DNA of 64,000 nucleotides from a virus (Duplodnaviria; Heunggongvirae; Uroviricota; Caudoviricetes): the IMG/VR virus record IMGVR_UViG_642979322_000011. One strand, written 5' to 3'. Below, one piece after another: positions 39,066 through 49,084 of the stretch; position 1 is the stretch's first letter, and every line of letters starts with the position of its first letter. The position numbers and the translations under genes were made by a program. The notes under the pieces are model-generated. The model made no database searches, had not been told where the DNA came from, and saw only the letters and a list, made by a program, of their open reading frames with translations.

Positions 39066-39610
39066 ATCTGACGATTGTTAACGGTATTGATTTCCGCGAT
39101 CTTGTTTTTGTGACAGGCAACGAGCCGGTGACGGATACCCGAAAGGTTGCCGTAGCATTTGGCAAAGAACACAAAGATGTATTGCGGAAAACAAGAGCCG
39201 TTGTTCAACAATGCTCAAAAGAATTTGCAGAGCGCAATTTTGCGCTTTGCTATGAAAACAATGAGTTACAGAACGGTAAACCCCAGCCCATATATCGAAT
39301 GACAAAAGACGGTTGGACGATGTTGGTATTTGGTTTTACGGGGAAAGCTGCTATGACCTTTAAGGAAGCGTACATTCAGGCTTTCAACTGGATGGCTGAG
39401 CTTATTCAGCAAGGTCTGGCGAATCTGGAGGCGGAGCGCAACGCTGTAATGCTGGAGTACATGAAAGAGAAAGATGTCGCCAGTATGTCAGGTCGTTTGC
39501 TCAATCGCTGGGGCAGGGTGAAGAAGCCTCAGTTGCTGGCAAGGCTGGACAGGCTGGAGCAGCAGGGGCAGATTGCGTTACCCGGATTTGATAAAGGCAT
39601 TTCAGCCTGA
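39066..39610 (+). pseudogene. Rha-family regulatory gene interrupted after codon 3 by IS629
   Basis: Joining 37747-37755 (ATGAACTAT) to 39066 onward restores MNYLTIVNGIDFRDLVFVTGNEPVTDTRKVAVAFGKEHKDVL (Rha-like). Confidence 0.6.
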
Positions 39611-39902
39611 CATAGCCATGCGCCGTATCGTCGCCGTATTCCCGCATTAACAGAGACCGCAGCCACCTTATCTGCGTGAGTGTGCGGGGATAATCAAAAA
39701 CGATACACACCGGGTTTTCTCATTTTTCACGAGATGGGAGCGATTTCCCGCGAAGCCGCCTGTCCGGTGCGGTGGTGGAAGAAACCGGATAAAACAACCG
39801 CATTGTGCAAATATCGATCAAATATGGTGCTGCTGTGTGAAATCTGAAAAATCACAGCGGTCATTATGCATCAGTTTTTAACACAGGACGTCAGAACGTG
39901 AC

Positions 39903-40697
39903 ATGGCAAAGCTGGACTGGAAAAAGCTGGAGCAGGCATTCCGACGCGAACATGCCGAAACGGGAATAACATTACTGGACTGGTGCCGGAAGAAAAAGAT
40001 TAATTACAACACCGCCAGAACCCGTATAAAAATGGGCAAAATCGATCATGAAATTGATCATAAAACCGATCATGACATCTCAGATGAAGAACCCTGCAAT
40101 GACGCGGGTTCCGGCGATGAAAAATGTGCAAAAAACTCTGAAAAAAACTGCGCAAATTCGGCAGAAACGAAACGGATTCGTGGTTCCCGACTTTTACCAC
40201 CTTCAAACGCTTTTTCTCAGCGAAACACCCACGCCGTAAGACACCGTGGATATGCGAAGTATCTTGAGGCAGATAACCTCATGGATGATGCGTCCGACAT
40301 GGTGCTGTTCGATGAACTGGTGTTCACCCGGGCCCGCGCACTTTCAGTAACTAAGGCACTTAAAGGGATGTTCGCCGACCTGGAAGAGGCAACTGACGTG
40401 GAAACCCGTGTTGCTCTTTACGACAAAATACTCAAAGCTGAACAGGCCCTTGACCGGAATATTGCCCGTATCGAGTCAATTGAACGCTCATTGCTGACGC
40501 TGGACGTCCTGGCTGAGACAGCACCAAAACTTCGTGCTGACCGGGAAAGAATCAACGCCGCCAGAGATAAACTCAGAGCTGAAACCGATATTCTGACCAA
40601 CCAGCGTCGGGGCGTTGTTACGCCTGTCAGTGACATCGTGTCATCGCTGCATGAAATGAGTAATTCGGGGAGACTGGATGACATTCCGGAAGAATGA
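39903..40697 (+). CDS. Putative terminase small subunit
   Basis: First gene of the late structural operon, immediately upstream of and overlapping terminase large subunit. Confidence 0.5.
   Translation: MAKLDWKKLEQAFRREHAETGITLLDWCRKKKINYNTARTRIKMGKIDHEIDHKTDHDISDEEPCNDAGSGDEKCAKNSEKNCANSAETKRIRGSRLLPPSNAFSQRNTHAVRHRGYAKYLEADNLMDDASDMVLFDELVFTRARALSVTKALKGMFADLEEATDVETRVALYDKILKAEQALDRNIARIESIERSLLTLDVLAETAPKLRADRERINAARDKLRAETDILTNQRRGVVTPVSDIVSSLHEMSNSGRLDDIPEE
40044..40079. repeat. Three GATCAT(G/A)A units at exact 12-bp spacing
   Basis: GATC at 40044, 40056, 40068; in frame within the terS-like gene (xDHx repeats). Confidence 0.8.
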
Positions 40698-42384
40698 ACC
40701 GCGATGTGATGAGCCGTCAGAAATGACCGAGGCTGAACAACGTCTGTTCATCATGACTAAACTGAGCAATCCCTGGTGGCGGCTCAATCATCTCTACAAA
40801 ATACAGAACGAAAAAGGTGAACTGGTCACCTTCAGAATGCGACCGGCGCAGCGCCAGTTGTTCCGGAGCATGCACAATAAAAATATTATCCTGAAAGCGC
40901 GCCAGCTGGGATTTTCCACAGCCATTGATATTTATCTTCTCGACCAGGCATTATTCATTCCGCATCTCAAATGCGGGATCGTCGCTCAGGATAAACAGGC
41001 TGCCAGTGAAATTTTCCGCACAAAAATTGCTGTACCGTTTGATCATCTCCCTGACTGGCTGAGAGCCTCATTCACCATCGTTGAACGTCGTAGCGGTGCC
41101 AGCGGTGGCTATATCCTGTTTGGTCACGGCTCGAGTATCCAGGTGGCAACCTCATTCCGTTCAGGTACGGTGCAGCGCCTGCATATCTCAGAGCACGGCA
41201 AAATTTGCGCGAAATATCCGGCTAAGGCGAAAGAACTGCGAACCGGTACGCTTAATGCCGTCTCTGATGAATGCATTATTTTTGATGAGTCCACTGCTGA
41301 AGGCGTGGGTGGTGATTTTTACGAGATGAGTAACCGAGCACAGGAGATCACTGCATCAGGCTTATTGCTGACGGCACAGGATTATAAATTCCATTTTTAC
41401 GCCTGGTGGCAGGATCCTAAATACAGCGCCAGAGTGCCGGAAAGCGGGCTGAAGCTGTCACGGGAAAAAATGACGTATTTTTCTGCGGTTGAGAAGGCAA
41501 TGAACATCACGCTTACTGATGAACAGAAGCAGTGGTACATCAATAAGGAAACTGAACAGCGTGAGGAAATGAAGCAGGAGTTTCCCTCAACGCCACAGGA
41601 GGCGTTTCTGACGTCCGGACGACGTGTGTTCAGTGCCGAAAGTACGTTGCAGGCAGAATCATTCTGTTCGCCACCGATGATTGTTTATGACATTGAACCT
41701 GTTACAGGAGCGAAGACTAAAGCTCAGTCTCTGCGTGAAGGAAATAAAAACGAGTTGCAGCGGACGCTGATGAATTATCTGCTGGTATGGGAACTGCCGG
41801 ATCCGGATGAAGAGTATGTTTGTGGGGCAGATACTGCCGAAGGGCTGGAGCACGGAGACCGCTCATCGCTGGATGTTGTCAAACGCAGTAATGGCGAGCA
41901 GGTGGCTCACTGGTTCGGGCATCTCGATGCTGAACTTTTTGCTCATCTCATTTCGCAGGTCTGTCGTATGTATAACAACGCGTTTGTGGGGCCGGAGCGT
42001 AATAATCACGGACATGCAGTTATCCTGAAACTCCGGGAACTCTATCCGACACGTTATATCTACAACGAACAGCATCTTGACCAGGCATATGACGACGATA
42101 CGCCCCGCCTTGGCTGGCTGACAACCCGTCAGAGCAAACCTGTTCTGACCGAAGGAATGAAAACGCTTCTGAATAATGGAATATCAGGGATCCGCTGGTC
42201 AGGCACATTATCGGAAATGAACACCTACGTTTATGACGCGAAAGGCTCCATGAATGCACAGGAAGGCTGCTTTGATGATCAGCTCATGAGCTACATGATT
42301 GCCCAGGAGATGCGCGCCAGAATGCCGGTGAGGGTAAAACAGAAAACGGATAAACGCAGAACCACACACTGGATGGCTCACTGA
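40678..42384 (+). CDS. Terminase large subunit
   Basis: Deviant Walker A ILKARQLGFSTA typical of terminase ATPases; position before portal. Confidence 0.75.
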   Translation: MTFRKNEPRCDEPSEMTEAEQRLFIMTKLSNPWWRLNHLYKIQNEKGELVTFRMRPAQRQLFRSMHNKNIILKARQLGFSTAIDIYLLDQALFIPHLKCGIVAQDKQAASEIFRTKIAVPFDHLPDWLRASFTIVERRSGASGGYILFGHGSSIQVATSFRSGTVQRLHISEHGKICAKYPAKAKELRTGTLNAVSDECIIFDESTAEGVGGDFYEMSNRAQEITASGLLLTAQDYKFHFYAWWQDPKYSARVPESGLKLSREKMTYFSAVEKAMNITLTDEQKQWYINKETEQREEMKQEFPSTPQEAFLTSGRRVFSAESTLQAESFCSPPMIVYDIEPVTGAKTKAQSLREGNKNELQRTLMNYLLVWELPDPDEEYVCGADTAEGLEHGDRSSLDVVKRSNGEQVAHWFGHLDAELFAHLISQVCRMYNNAFVGPERNNHGHAVILKLRELYPTRYIYNEQHLDQAYDDDTPRLGWLTTRQSKPVLTEGMKTLLNNGISGIRWSGTLSEMNTYVYDAKGSMNAQEGCFDDQLMSYMIAQEMRARMPVRVKQKTDKRRTTHWMAH

Positions 42385-44528
42385 TGAAAAATGAAACTAA
42401 CACCATGGCGACGAAAAACGACAATGGAGCCACGCCGCGTTTTTCTCAGCGCCAGTTACAGGCGCTTTGTTCTGATATTGACAGCCAGCCTAAATGGCGT
42501 GATGCCGCAAACAAGGCCTGTGCGTATTACGATGGCGATCAGTTGCCACCGGAAGTTCTTCAGGTACTGAAAGATCGCGGTCAGCCGATGACTATCCATA
42601 ACCTCATCGCGCCTACCGTCGATGGCGTTCTGGGAATGGAGGCCAAAACACGGACTGATCTGGTGGTGATGTCAGACGAGCCAGATGATGAAACTGAAAA
42701 ACTGGCTGAAGCTATTAATGCTGAATTTGCCGATGCATGCCGCCTTGGCAATATGAATAAAGCCCGCTCTGATGCCTATGCGGAACAAATCAAGGCGGGC
42801 CTCAGTTGGGTGGAGGTCAGACGAAACAGCGATCCGTTCGGGCCTGAATTTAAGGTGTCTACTGTCAGCCGGAATGAGGTTTTCTGGGACTGGCTGAGCC
42901 GGGAGGCTGATTTAAGTGACTGCCGATGGCTGATGCGTCGCCGCTGGATGGATACCGATGAGGCAAAAGCTACATTCCCGGGAATGGCTCAGGTTATCGA
43001 TTATGCCATTGATGACTGGCGTGGTTTTGTCGATACCACGGTTACTGAAGGCCAGCCCAGTCCGTTGATGAGTGCATGGGAAGAGTATCAGTCATGGGAT
43101 CGACAGCAGAACGAATGGCTTCAGCGTGAACGCCGTCGTGTGCTGCTTCAGGTGGTTTATTACCGTACATTCGAGCGTCTTCCGGTGATTGAACTCAGTA
43201 ATGGACGGGTGGTGGCCTTTGATAAAAATAATCTGATGCAGGCGGTAGCTGTGGCATCCGGGCGGGTTCAGGTGAAAGTCGGGCGGGTAAGCCGTATTCG
43301 TGAAGCCTGGTTTGTCGGGCCACACTTTATTGTGGATCGCCCCTGTAGTGCTCCGCAGGGGATGTTTCCGCTGGTTCCTTTCTGGGGATACCGAAAGGAT
43401 AAAACCGGGGAGCCATACGGGCTAATTTCCCGCGCCATTCCGGCACAGGATGAGGTGAATTTTCGTCGTATCAAGCTGACCTGGTTGCTTCAGGCCAAAC
43501 GCGTGATTATGGACGAGGATGCCACCCAGTTGTCAGACAACGACCTGATGGAGCAGATCGAACGTCCGGATGGCATTATTAAACTGAATCCGGTCCGAAA
43601 AAATCAGAAAAGTGTCGCAGATGTTTTTCGGGTTGAGCAGGATTTTCAGGTTGCCAGCCAGCAGTTTCAGGTCATGCAGGAATCGGAAAAACTTATCCAG
43701 GATACCATGGGAGTGTATTCCGCATTTCTCGGGCAGGATTCAGGTGCGACGTCAGGCGTGGCTATCAGTAACCTGGTGGAGCAGGGGGCCACAACCCTTG
43801 CGGAAATCAACGATAACTACCAGTTTGCCTGCCAGCAGGTGGGAAGACTGTTGCTGGCTTATCTTCTCGATGACCTGAAAAAACGCCGTAATCATGCAGT
43901 GGTGATTAATCGCGATGATCGCCAGCGTCGCCAGACCATTGTCCTCAATGCTGAAGGTGATAATGGTGAACTGACCAATGATATTTCAAGGTTAAATACA
44001 CATATTGCGCTGGCGCCTGTTCAGCAGACACCGGCGTTTAAGGCACAGCTTGCACAGAGAATGTCAGAGGTTATTCAGGGGCTGCCGCCTCAGGTGCAGG
44101 CTGTTGTGCTCGACCTGTGGGTTAATCTTCTGGATGTGCCGCAGAAACAGGAGTTTGTTGAGCGTATTCGTGCTGCGCTGGGGACGCCAAAATCACCGGA
44201 TGAAATGACGCCGGAAGAACAGGAAGTAGCGGCACAACAACAGGCACTTCAGCAACAACAGGCAGAACTCCAGATGCGCGAGATGGCTGGCAGAGTGGCA
44301 AAACTGGAAGCTGACGCCGCCAGGGCACATGCAGCTGCACAACGGGATAATGCCAGTGCACAGCGGGAAGTCGCCCTGACACAGGGGCAGCGTTATGTGG
44401 ATGCGCTTAACCAGGCACATACGGCAGAAATCATTACCGGCGTACAGAATATGGAACAGGAGCAGGACGTTCTTCAGCAACAGATGCTGTATACGTTACA
44501 ACAGCGGATGAATGAAATGTCGCTCTGA
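42384..44528 (+). CDS. Portal protein
   Basis: 714-aa ORF coupled to terminase stop; C-terminal Q-rich coiled coil. Confidence 0.6.
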   Translation: MKNETNTMATKNDNGATPRFSQRQLQALCSDIDSQPKWRDAANKACAYYDGDQLPPEVLQVLKDRGQPMTIHNLIAPTVDGVLGMEAKTRTDLVVMSDEPDDETEKLAEAINAEFADACRLGNMNKARSDAYAEQIKAGLSWVEVRRNSDPFGPEFKVSTVSRNEVFWDWLSREADLSDCRWLMRRRWMDTDEAKATFPGMAQVIDYAIDDWRGFVDTTVTEGQPSPLMSAWEEYQSWDRQQNEWLQRERRRVLLQVVYYRTFERLPVIELSNGRVVAFDKNNLMQAVAVASGRVQVKVGRVSRIREAWFVGPHFIVDRPCSAPQGMFPLVPFWGYRKDKTGEPYGLISRAIPAQDEVNFRRIKLTWLLQAKRVIMDEDATQLSDNDLMEQIERPDGIIKLNPVRKNQKSVADVFRVEQDFQVASQQFQVMQESEKLIQDTMGVYSAFLGQDSGATSGVAISNLVEQGATTLAEINDNYQFACQQVGRLLLAYLLDDLKKRRNHAVVINRDDRQRRQTIVLNAEGDNGELTNDISRLNTHIALAPVQQTPAFKAQLAQRMSEVIQGLPPQVQAVVLDLWVNLLDVPQKQEFVERIRAALGTPKSPDEMTPEEQEVAAQQQALQQQQAELQMREMAGRVAKLEADAARAHAAAQRDNASAQREVALTQGQRYVDALNQAHTAEIITGVQNMEQEQDVLQQQMLYTLQQRMNEMSL

Positions 44529-44547
44529 AAACTCTGGCTTCAACTGA

Positions 44548-44572
44548 ACCCCGTCATCGTACGGGGTTTTTT
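44548..44572 (+). terminator. Rho-independent terminator
   Basis: ACCCCGT-6nt-ACGGGGT followed by T6. Confidence 0.55.
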
Positions 44573-44685
44573 GTTTCCGGAGGTAAGCGTTCCGGGAGCG
44601 GTGCGCTTATTCGCGGGGGCAGCGATAAGCCTTATTTACTCAACCATTCGGATCTGTCCGATAAACAGACCATGCGGAGTTATTT

Positions 44686-45693
44686 ATGGATTTTGAATTT
44701 ACGGGTGAAGAAACCCCGGAACAACTGGAAAAAATGCTGGAAGGACTTGGGGATGTGGATATTGACAGTCACGCACAGGACGTCGTGACGGAAGATACCA
44801 CGGAAAAACATGCGGATGAGGAAGCACAGACTCAGACGGGCGATAACAATGTGGCACCGACGCCGGATGCCAGTGTGGAGCAGACGCAGGACGTGAAGGA
44901 GCCGGAAGCGAAGGGGGTGCTCACCCGCGACGGTAAACACGTCATTCCCTATGAAGTCCTTGAGGCTGAACGTTCCGGTAAGCAACGGGCCGAACAGGAA
45001 GCCGCACTTCTTCGTGGGCAGATAGCTGAAGAAAAACGCAGGGTGGAACTGCTGACGTCTCAGATCCACCAGGCCGGTATGAAGCCCACACCGTTACCGG
45101 AAAACGAAAAAATTTCTGATGAGCAGATTGCCCGTATCAGGGAGATGTATCCGGAAATTGGTGACGCGGTGGCTTCGCTCATCCGTAAAAATAACTATCT
45201 CCAGTCCCGTGTTCAGCAATCAGCACAGCAGGCAGAAGGTAATGGTGGTGAGGATTTATCACCGGTTCTTGATGCGATGAATGCCGTGCCGGTGCTGAAA
45301 ACGTGGCAGGAGTCCGATCCAGATCGCTTCTCGGTTGCTGTATCCATCGACGGGAAGCTCCAGAATGACCCCGCATGGAAAGACAAAACGCTCACTGAAC
45401 GTTTCGCTGAAGTGGCCCGTCGTACGCAGGTTGCTTTCGGTGAAGTCAGTGAGTCGTCTGCTGACAACAAGGCAGACAAAACGGATATCCGGAAAACGGC
45501 GGAAGAGAAAGTGAAGACCGCTGAACAGGAGCAGGCAGTACCTGCTTCCCCGTCAGATTTAGGCACCACGGCTTCCGTCGGAACCGGTGATAATTTTGAA
45601 CGGTTACTTGGCGCTTCTCATTCAGAGGCAGAGGCGATTATGCGCGGTATGACGAATGCTGAAATAGACGCGCTTCTGGAGAAGCTCGGGTAA
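44686..45693 (+). CDS. Putative scaffolding protein
   Basis: Acidic, helical, between portal and capsid genes. Confidence 0.45.
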   Translation: MDFEFTGEETPEQLEKMLEGLGDVDIDSHAQDVVTEDTTEKHADEEAQTQTGDNNVAPTPDASVEQTQDVKEPEAKGVLTRDGKHVIPYEVLEAERSGKQRAEQEAALLRGQIAEEKRRVELLTSQIHQAGMKPTPLPENEKISDEQIARIREMYPEIGDAVASLIRKNNYLQSRVQQSAQQAEGNGGEDLSPVLDAMNAVPVLKTWQESDPDRFSVAVSIDGKLQNDPAWKDKTLTERFAEVARRTQVAFGEVSESSADNKADKTDIRKTAEEKVKTAEQEQAVPASPSDLGTTASVGTGDNFERLLGASHSEAEAIMRGMTNAEIDALLEKLG

Positions 45694-45716
45694 CTTACTG
45701 AAGGAGAACTGAAGTA

Positions 45717-46931
45717 ATGACGACTGTAACATCAGCCCAGGCGAATAAGCTGTATCAGGTGGCGCTTTTTACCGCTGCCAACCGCAACCGCTCGATGGTA
45801 AATATCCTCACTGAACAGCAGGAAGCGCCAAAAGCGGTTTCGCCGGACAAGAAAAGCACGAAGCAGACCAGCGCGGGTGCGCCGGTTGTCCGTATCACAG
45901 ACCTTAACAAACAGGCCGGTGATGAAGTGACCTTCAGCATCATGCACAAACTCTCAAAACGTCCGACGATGGGAGATGAGCGTGTTGAAGGTCGTGGTGA
46001 GGATCTCAGCCATGCTGACTTCTCCCTGAAAATCAATCAGGGACGTCACCTGGTGGATGCAGGCGGACGTATGAGTCAGCAGCGCACGAAGTTTAACCTG
46101 GCATCCTCAGCCAGAACGCTTCTGGGGACGTACTTTAATGACCTGCAGGACCAGTGTGCGATAGTGCATCTTGCTGGAGCTCGTGGTGATTTTGTTGCTG
46201 ACGACACTATTCTGCCGACAGCGGAGCACCCTGAATTCAAAAAAATCATGATCAACGATGTACTGCCTCCGACACATGACCGTCACTTTTTTGGCGGTGA
46301 TGCGACAAGCTTTGAGCAGATTGAAGCGGCAGATATTTTTTCTATTGGCCTGGTGGACAATCTCTCCCTGTTCATTGACGAAATGGCGCATCCGTTACAG
46401 CCGGTTCGTCTGTCCGGTGATGAACTTCACGGAGAAGATCCATATTACGTCCTGTACGTCACGCCGCGTCAGTGGAATGACTGGTACACCTCGACGTCCG
46501 GTAAGGACTGGAACCAGATGATGGTTCGTGCCGTGAACCGTGCAAAAGGTTTTAATCATCCGCTGTTCAAAGGTGAATGTGCGATGTGGCGCAATATCCT
46601 GGTTCGTAAGTATGCGGGTATGCCGATCCGTTTCTATCAGGGGTCAAAGGTTCTGGTATCAGAGAATAACCTGACGGCAACCACGAAAGAGGTCGCTGCT
46701 GCAACCAATATTGACCGCGCCATGTTACTGGGGGCTCAGGCGCTGGCAAATGCTTACGGTCAGAAGGCGGGCGGTCACTTCAACATGGTTGAGAAGAAAA
46801 CGGATATGGATAACCGTACTGAGATAGCAATCAGCTGGATCAACGGTCTGAAAAAAATCCGTTTCCCCGAGAAGAGCGGCAAGATGCAGGATCACGGCGT
46901 GATTGCCGTTGATACAGCAGTGAAGCTCTGA
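45717..46931 (+). CDS. Major capsid protein
   Basis: 404-aa ORF with AAGGAG RBS, followed by a strong terminator; position after scaffold. Confidence 0.6.
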   Translation: MTTVTSAQANKLYQVALFTAANRNRSMVNILTEQQEAPKAVSPDKKSTKQTSAGAPVVRITDLNKQAGDEVTFSIMHKLSKRPTMGDERVEGRGEDLSHADFSLKINQGRHLVDAGGRMSQQRTKFNLASSARTLLGTYFNDLQDQCAIVHLAGARGDFVADDTILPTAEHPEFKKIMINDVLPPTHDRHFFGGDATSFEQIEAADIFSIGLVDNLSLFIDEMAHPLQPVRLSGDELHGEDPYYVLYVTPRQWNDWYTSTSGKDWNQMMVRAVNRAKGFNHPLFKGECAMWRNILVRKYAGMPIRFYQGSKVLVSENNLTATTKEVAAATNIDRAMLLGAQALANAYGQKAGGHFNMVEKKTDMDNRTEIAISWINGLKKIRFPEKSGKMQDHGVIAVDTAVKL

Positions 46932-46948
46932 TTTTTTCCTTTCCCTAT

Positions 46949-46971
46949 GCCGGGTTTTCGCCCGGCTTTTT
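46949..46971 (+). terminator. Rho-independent terminator
   Basis: GCCGGG-6nt-CCCGGC followed by T5. Confidence 0.5.
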
Positions 46972-46986
46972 CAGGAGTCATTAATT

Positions 46987-47376
46987 ATGGCAAAGACTAT
47001 CCTTGCCCCGTCACTGAGTGAACGGGTCTATACGGGTACGCACGGTAATGAGTCGGTGGCAGAAGGCGTATTTACGGTGAATGCTGCGGAAGCGGACAGT
47101 GTTATTCATCTTCTCTCACTGCCAGTGGGCATCCGTATCAACTCACTCCAACTGGTTTCAACGGGTGGTCTGGGTACTGCAACCGTCAGCATTAAGTCCG
47201 GTGAGCATGCTCTCATCGATAACAGCGAAGCTGTTTCTGCAAAATTTGCCAGATATGTGCCAGTGGAGCCGTACACCACACAGCGTGACGGGGAGCTGGT
47301 TACTGTCACCATTAAGACTGCCGCTGCAACCGGCACCCTGAATGTTCTGCTGCGTTATACCGTGGTGGGATACTGA
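46987..47376 (+). CDS. Phage structural protein (hypothetical)
   Basis: ORF with RBS; followed by a hairpin plus T-run at 47392-47413. Confidence 0.45.
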   Translation: MAKTILAPSLSERVYTGTHGNESVAEGVFTVNAAEADSVIHLLSLPVGIRINSLQLVSTGGLGTATVSIKSGEHALIDNSEAVSAKFARYVPVEPYTTQRDGELVTVTIKTAAATGTLNVLLRYTVVGY

Positions 47377-47398
47377 TTAAAACCTTCCGGCCCGCGTC

Positions 47399-47887
47399 AT
47401 GCGGGCTTTTTATCCGGGGAATTATATGAGTGAGAAAATTGCCGTTGTCTATATCGGCCCAAAACCCGTGAAAAAGGACACCATTACCGGAAGTCGCACG
47501 CTGTTCCCACGTCTTGAGCCGGTGCATGTTGACAGCGCGATGGCCTGGCAACTGCTGGGGTTTCCGGATGTCTGGGTTCGTCATGAAGAGCTTGATGATG
47601 TTCTGAAAAAGCAACAACAGAATGAGCAGTTGCGGCAGGCACAGCAGGCGCAGGAAAGAGTGCTTGCTGCGCTGGCAGAAGCGGAGAACAGTTTTGTTGT
47701 TTCTGTTAACGGGCAGGAGGTGGATTTAAGTAAGCTCACCTCAGCACGGCTGGCGACGCTGTGTGAGGCAGAAGAGCTGGATATTCACAAAGACCCGAAA
47801 GAAACGGCTGAGGCATTCCGTATCCGGGTGCGTGAGGCATTTCGCCGTCGTGTTGCGGAGACTGAACAGCATGGCGGAACTGAGTGA
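47399..47887 (+). CDS. Phage structural protein (hypothetical)
   Basis: ORF in structural operon. Confidence 0.45.
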   Translation: MRAFYPGNYMSEKIAVVYIGPKPVKKDTITGSRTLFPRLEPVHVDSAMAWQLLGFPDVWVRHEELDDVLKKQQQNEQLRQAQQAQERVLAALAEAENSFVVSVNGQEVDLSKLTSARLATLCEAEELDIHKDPKETAEAFRIRVREAFRRRVAETEQHGGTE

Positions 47888-48434
47888 TTTTTTACCGTAT
47901 GTCCGTCGTCATATCAGCGGTCCACTGAACATTATGATGACGGATGCTCTGTCAATGGCTGCCGTGGCATTCAGCCGCCAGTCGTTGGTGTGCCGTCGGG
48001 AGGTTACTGTTGTACCAGTAGCAGGAAAAGAAATCGTGCTTCCGTATGACAAAGATGATGAGGAGTGCGTTCATATCATCCGTATCTCTGACGATAATCA
48101 TGAGCTTTTTGTCGGTCGGGATGTGGATATCAGCTCCGGACGCTCCCTGCGATTTGCCTGTTCTCCCGGTGAGGTGAGCGTGCTTTATGCCGTCGCTCCG
48201 AAAGCCGGACGCAGCCAGATACCGGATGAACTCCTCACATGGCCTGAAGAAGTGGCTGCGGGGGCACTTGAGCGGTTGTTCATGCAGACTGGTGTTTCAT
48301 GGTCAGATCCGTTACGCGCACAGTATTTTTCTGTGCAGTTTTCTGAGGGGATCCGTCGGGCATATCGTCATACACTGGCGACAAGCCCGTACTCTTCATA
48401 CCGCAACCCTGTACGCAGGCAGAGGTTTTTCTGA
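47871..48434 (+). CDS. Phage structural protein (hypothetical)
   Basis: ATG at 47871 (MAELSDFLPY...). Confidence 0.45.
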   Translation: MAELSDFLPYVRRHISGPLNIMMTDALSMAAVAFSRQSLVCRREVTVVPVAGKEIVLPYDKDDEECVHIIRISDDNHELFVGRDVDISSGRSLRFACSPGEVSVLYAVAPKAGRSQIPDELLTWPEEVAAGALERLFMQTGVSWSDPLRAQYFSVQFSEGIRRAYRHTLATSPYSSYRNPVRRQRFF

Positions 48435-49084
48435 TGACGACGATTACAGAAATCATCGGACGTGTGAATACACAACTGGTTGACCCGATGATGGTTCGCT
48501 GGCCCCTGCAGGAATTGTGCGATTATTACAATGATGCTGTGAGGGCAGTGATTCTGGCGAGACCGGATGCTGGCGCAAGCCTGGAAACAATAAGTTGTGT
48601 TCCTGGCGCCCGTCAGGTTTTGCCCGATGGTGTAATACAACTTCTTGACGTGATATGCCTCAGTGACGGTAGTGCAGTCAGACCATTATCCCGGGAGGTG
48701 CTGGATGCGCAGTATCCTGAGTGGCCCACAATGAAGGGTATTCCTGAATGTTTTATCAGCAACGACCTGTCCCCGCGCGTATTCTGGCTGTTTCCTGCTC
48801 CTGACAAAGAGATAAGTATTGATGCAGTGGTAAGCCGGATACCGGAGGCAGTGTATGTTCTGACGCAGGACGATGATACGCCAGTTCCACTGGAAGAGGC
48901 TTATGTTAACCCACTGGTGGAGTGGATGTTGTTTCGCGCTTTCAGTAAGGATGCTGCCGGTGGCGCAGAATCGGGGCTGGCTGCGCAGCATTATCAGAGT
49001 TTTGTTGAGCAACTTGGGATCAAACAGGGGGCAGACAGTGCATTGTATGCCCGTAAAAAAGTGTTTAACGGAGGTGGAGTGTGA
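48434..49084 (+). CDS. Phage structural protein (hypothetical)
   Basis: ORF coupled to neighbours. Confidence 0.45.
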   Translation: MTTITEIIGRVNTQLVDPMMVRWPLQELCDYYNDAVRAVILARPDAGASLETISCVPGARQVLPDGVIQLLDVICLSDGSAVRPLSREVLDAQYPEWPTMKGIPECFISNDLSPRVFWLFPAPDKEISIDAVVSRIPEAVYVLTQDDDTPVPLEEAYVNPLVEWMLFRAFSKDAAGGAESGLAAQHYQSFVEQLGIKQGADSALYARKKVFNGGGV

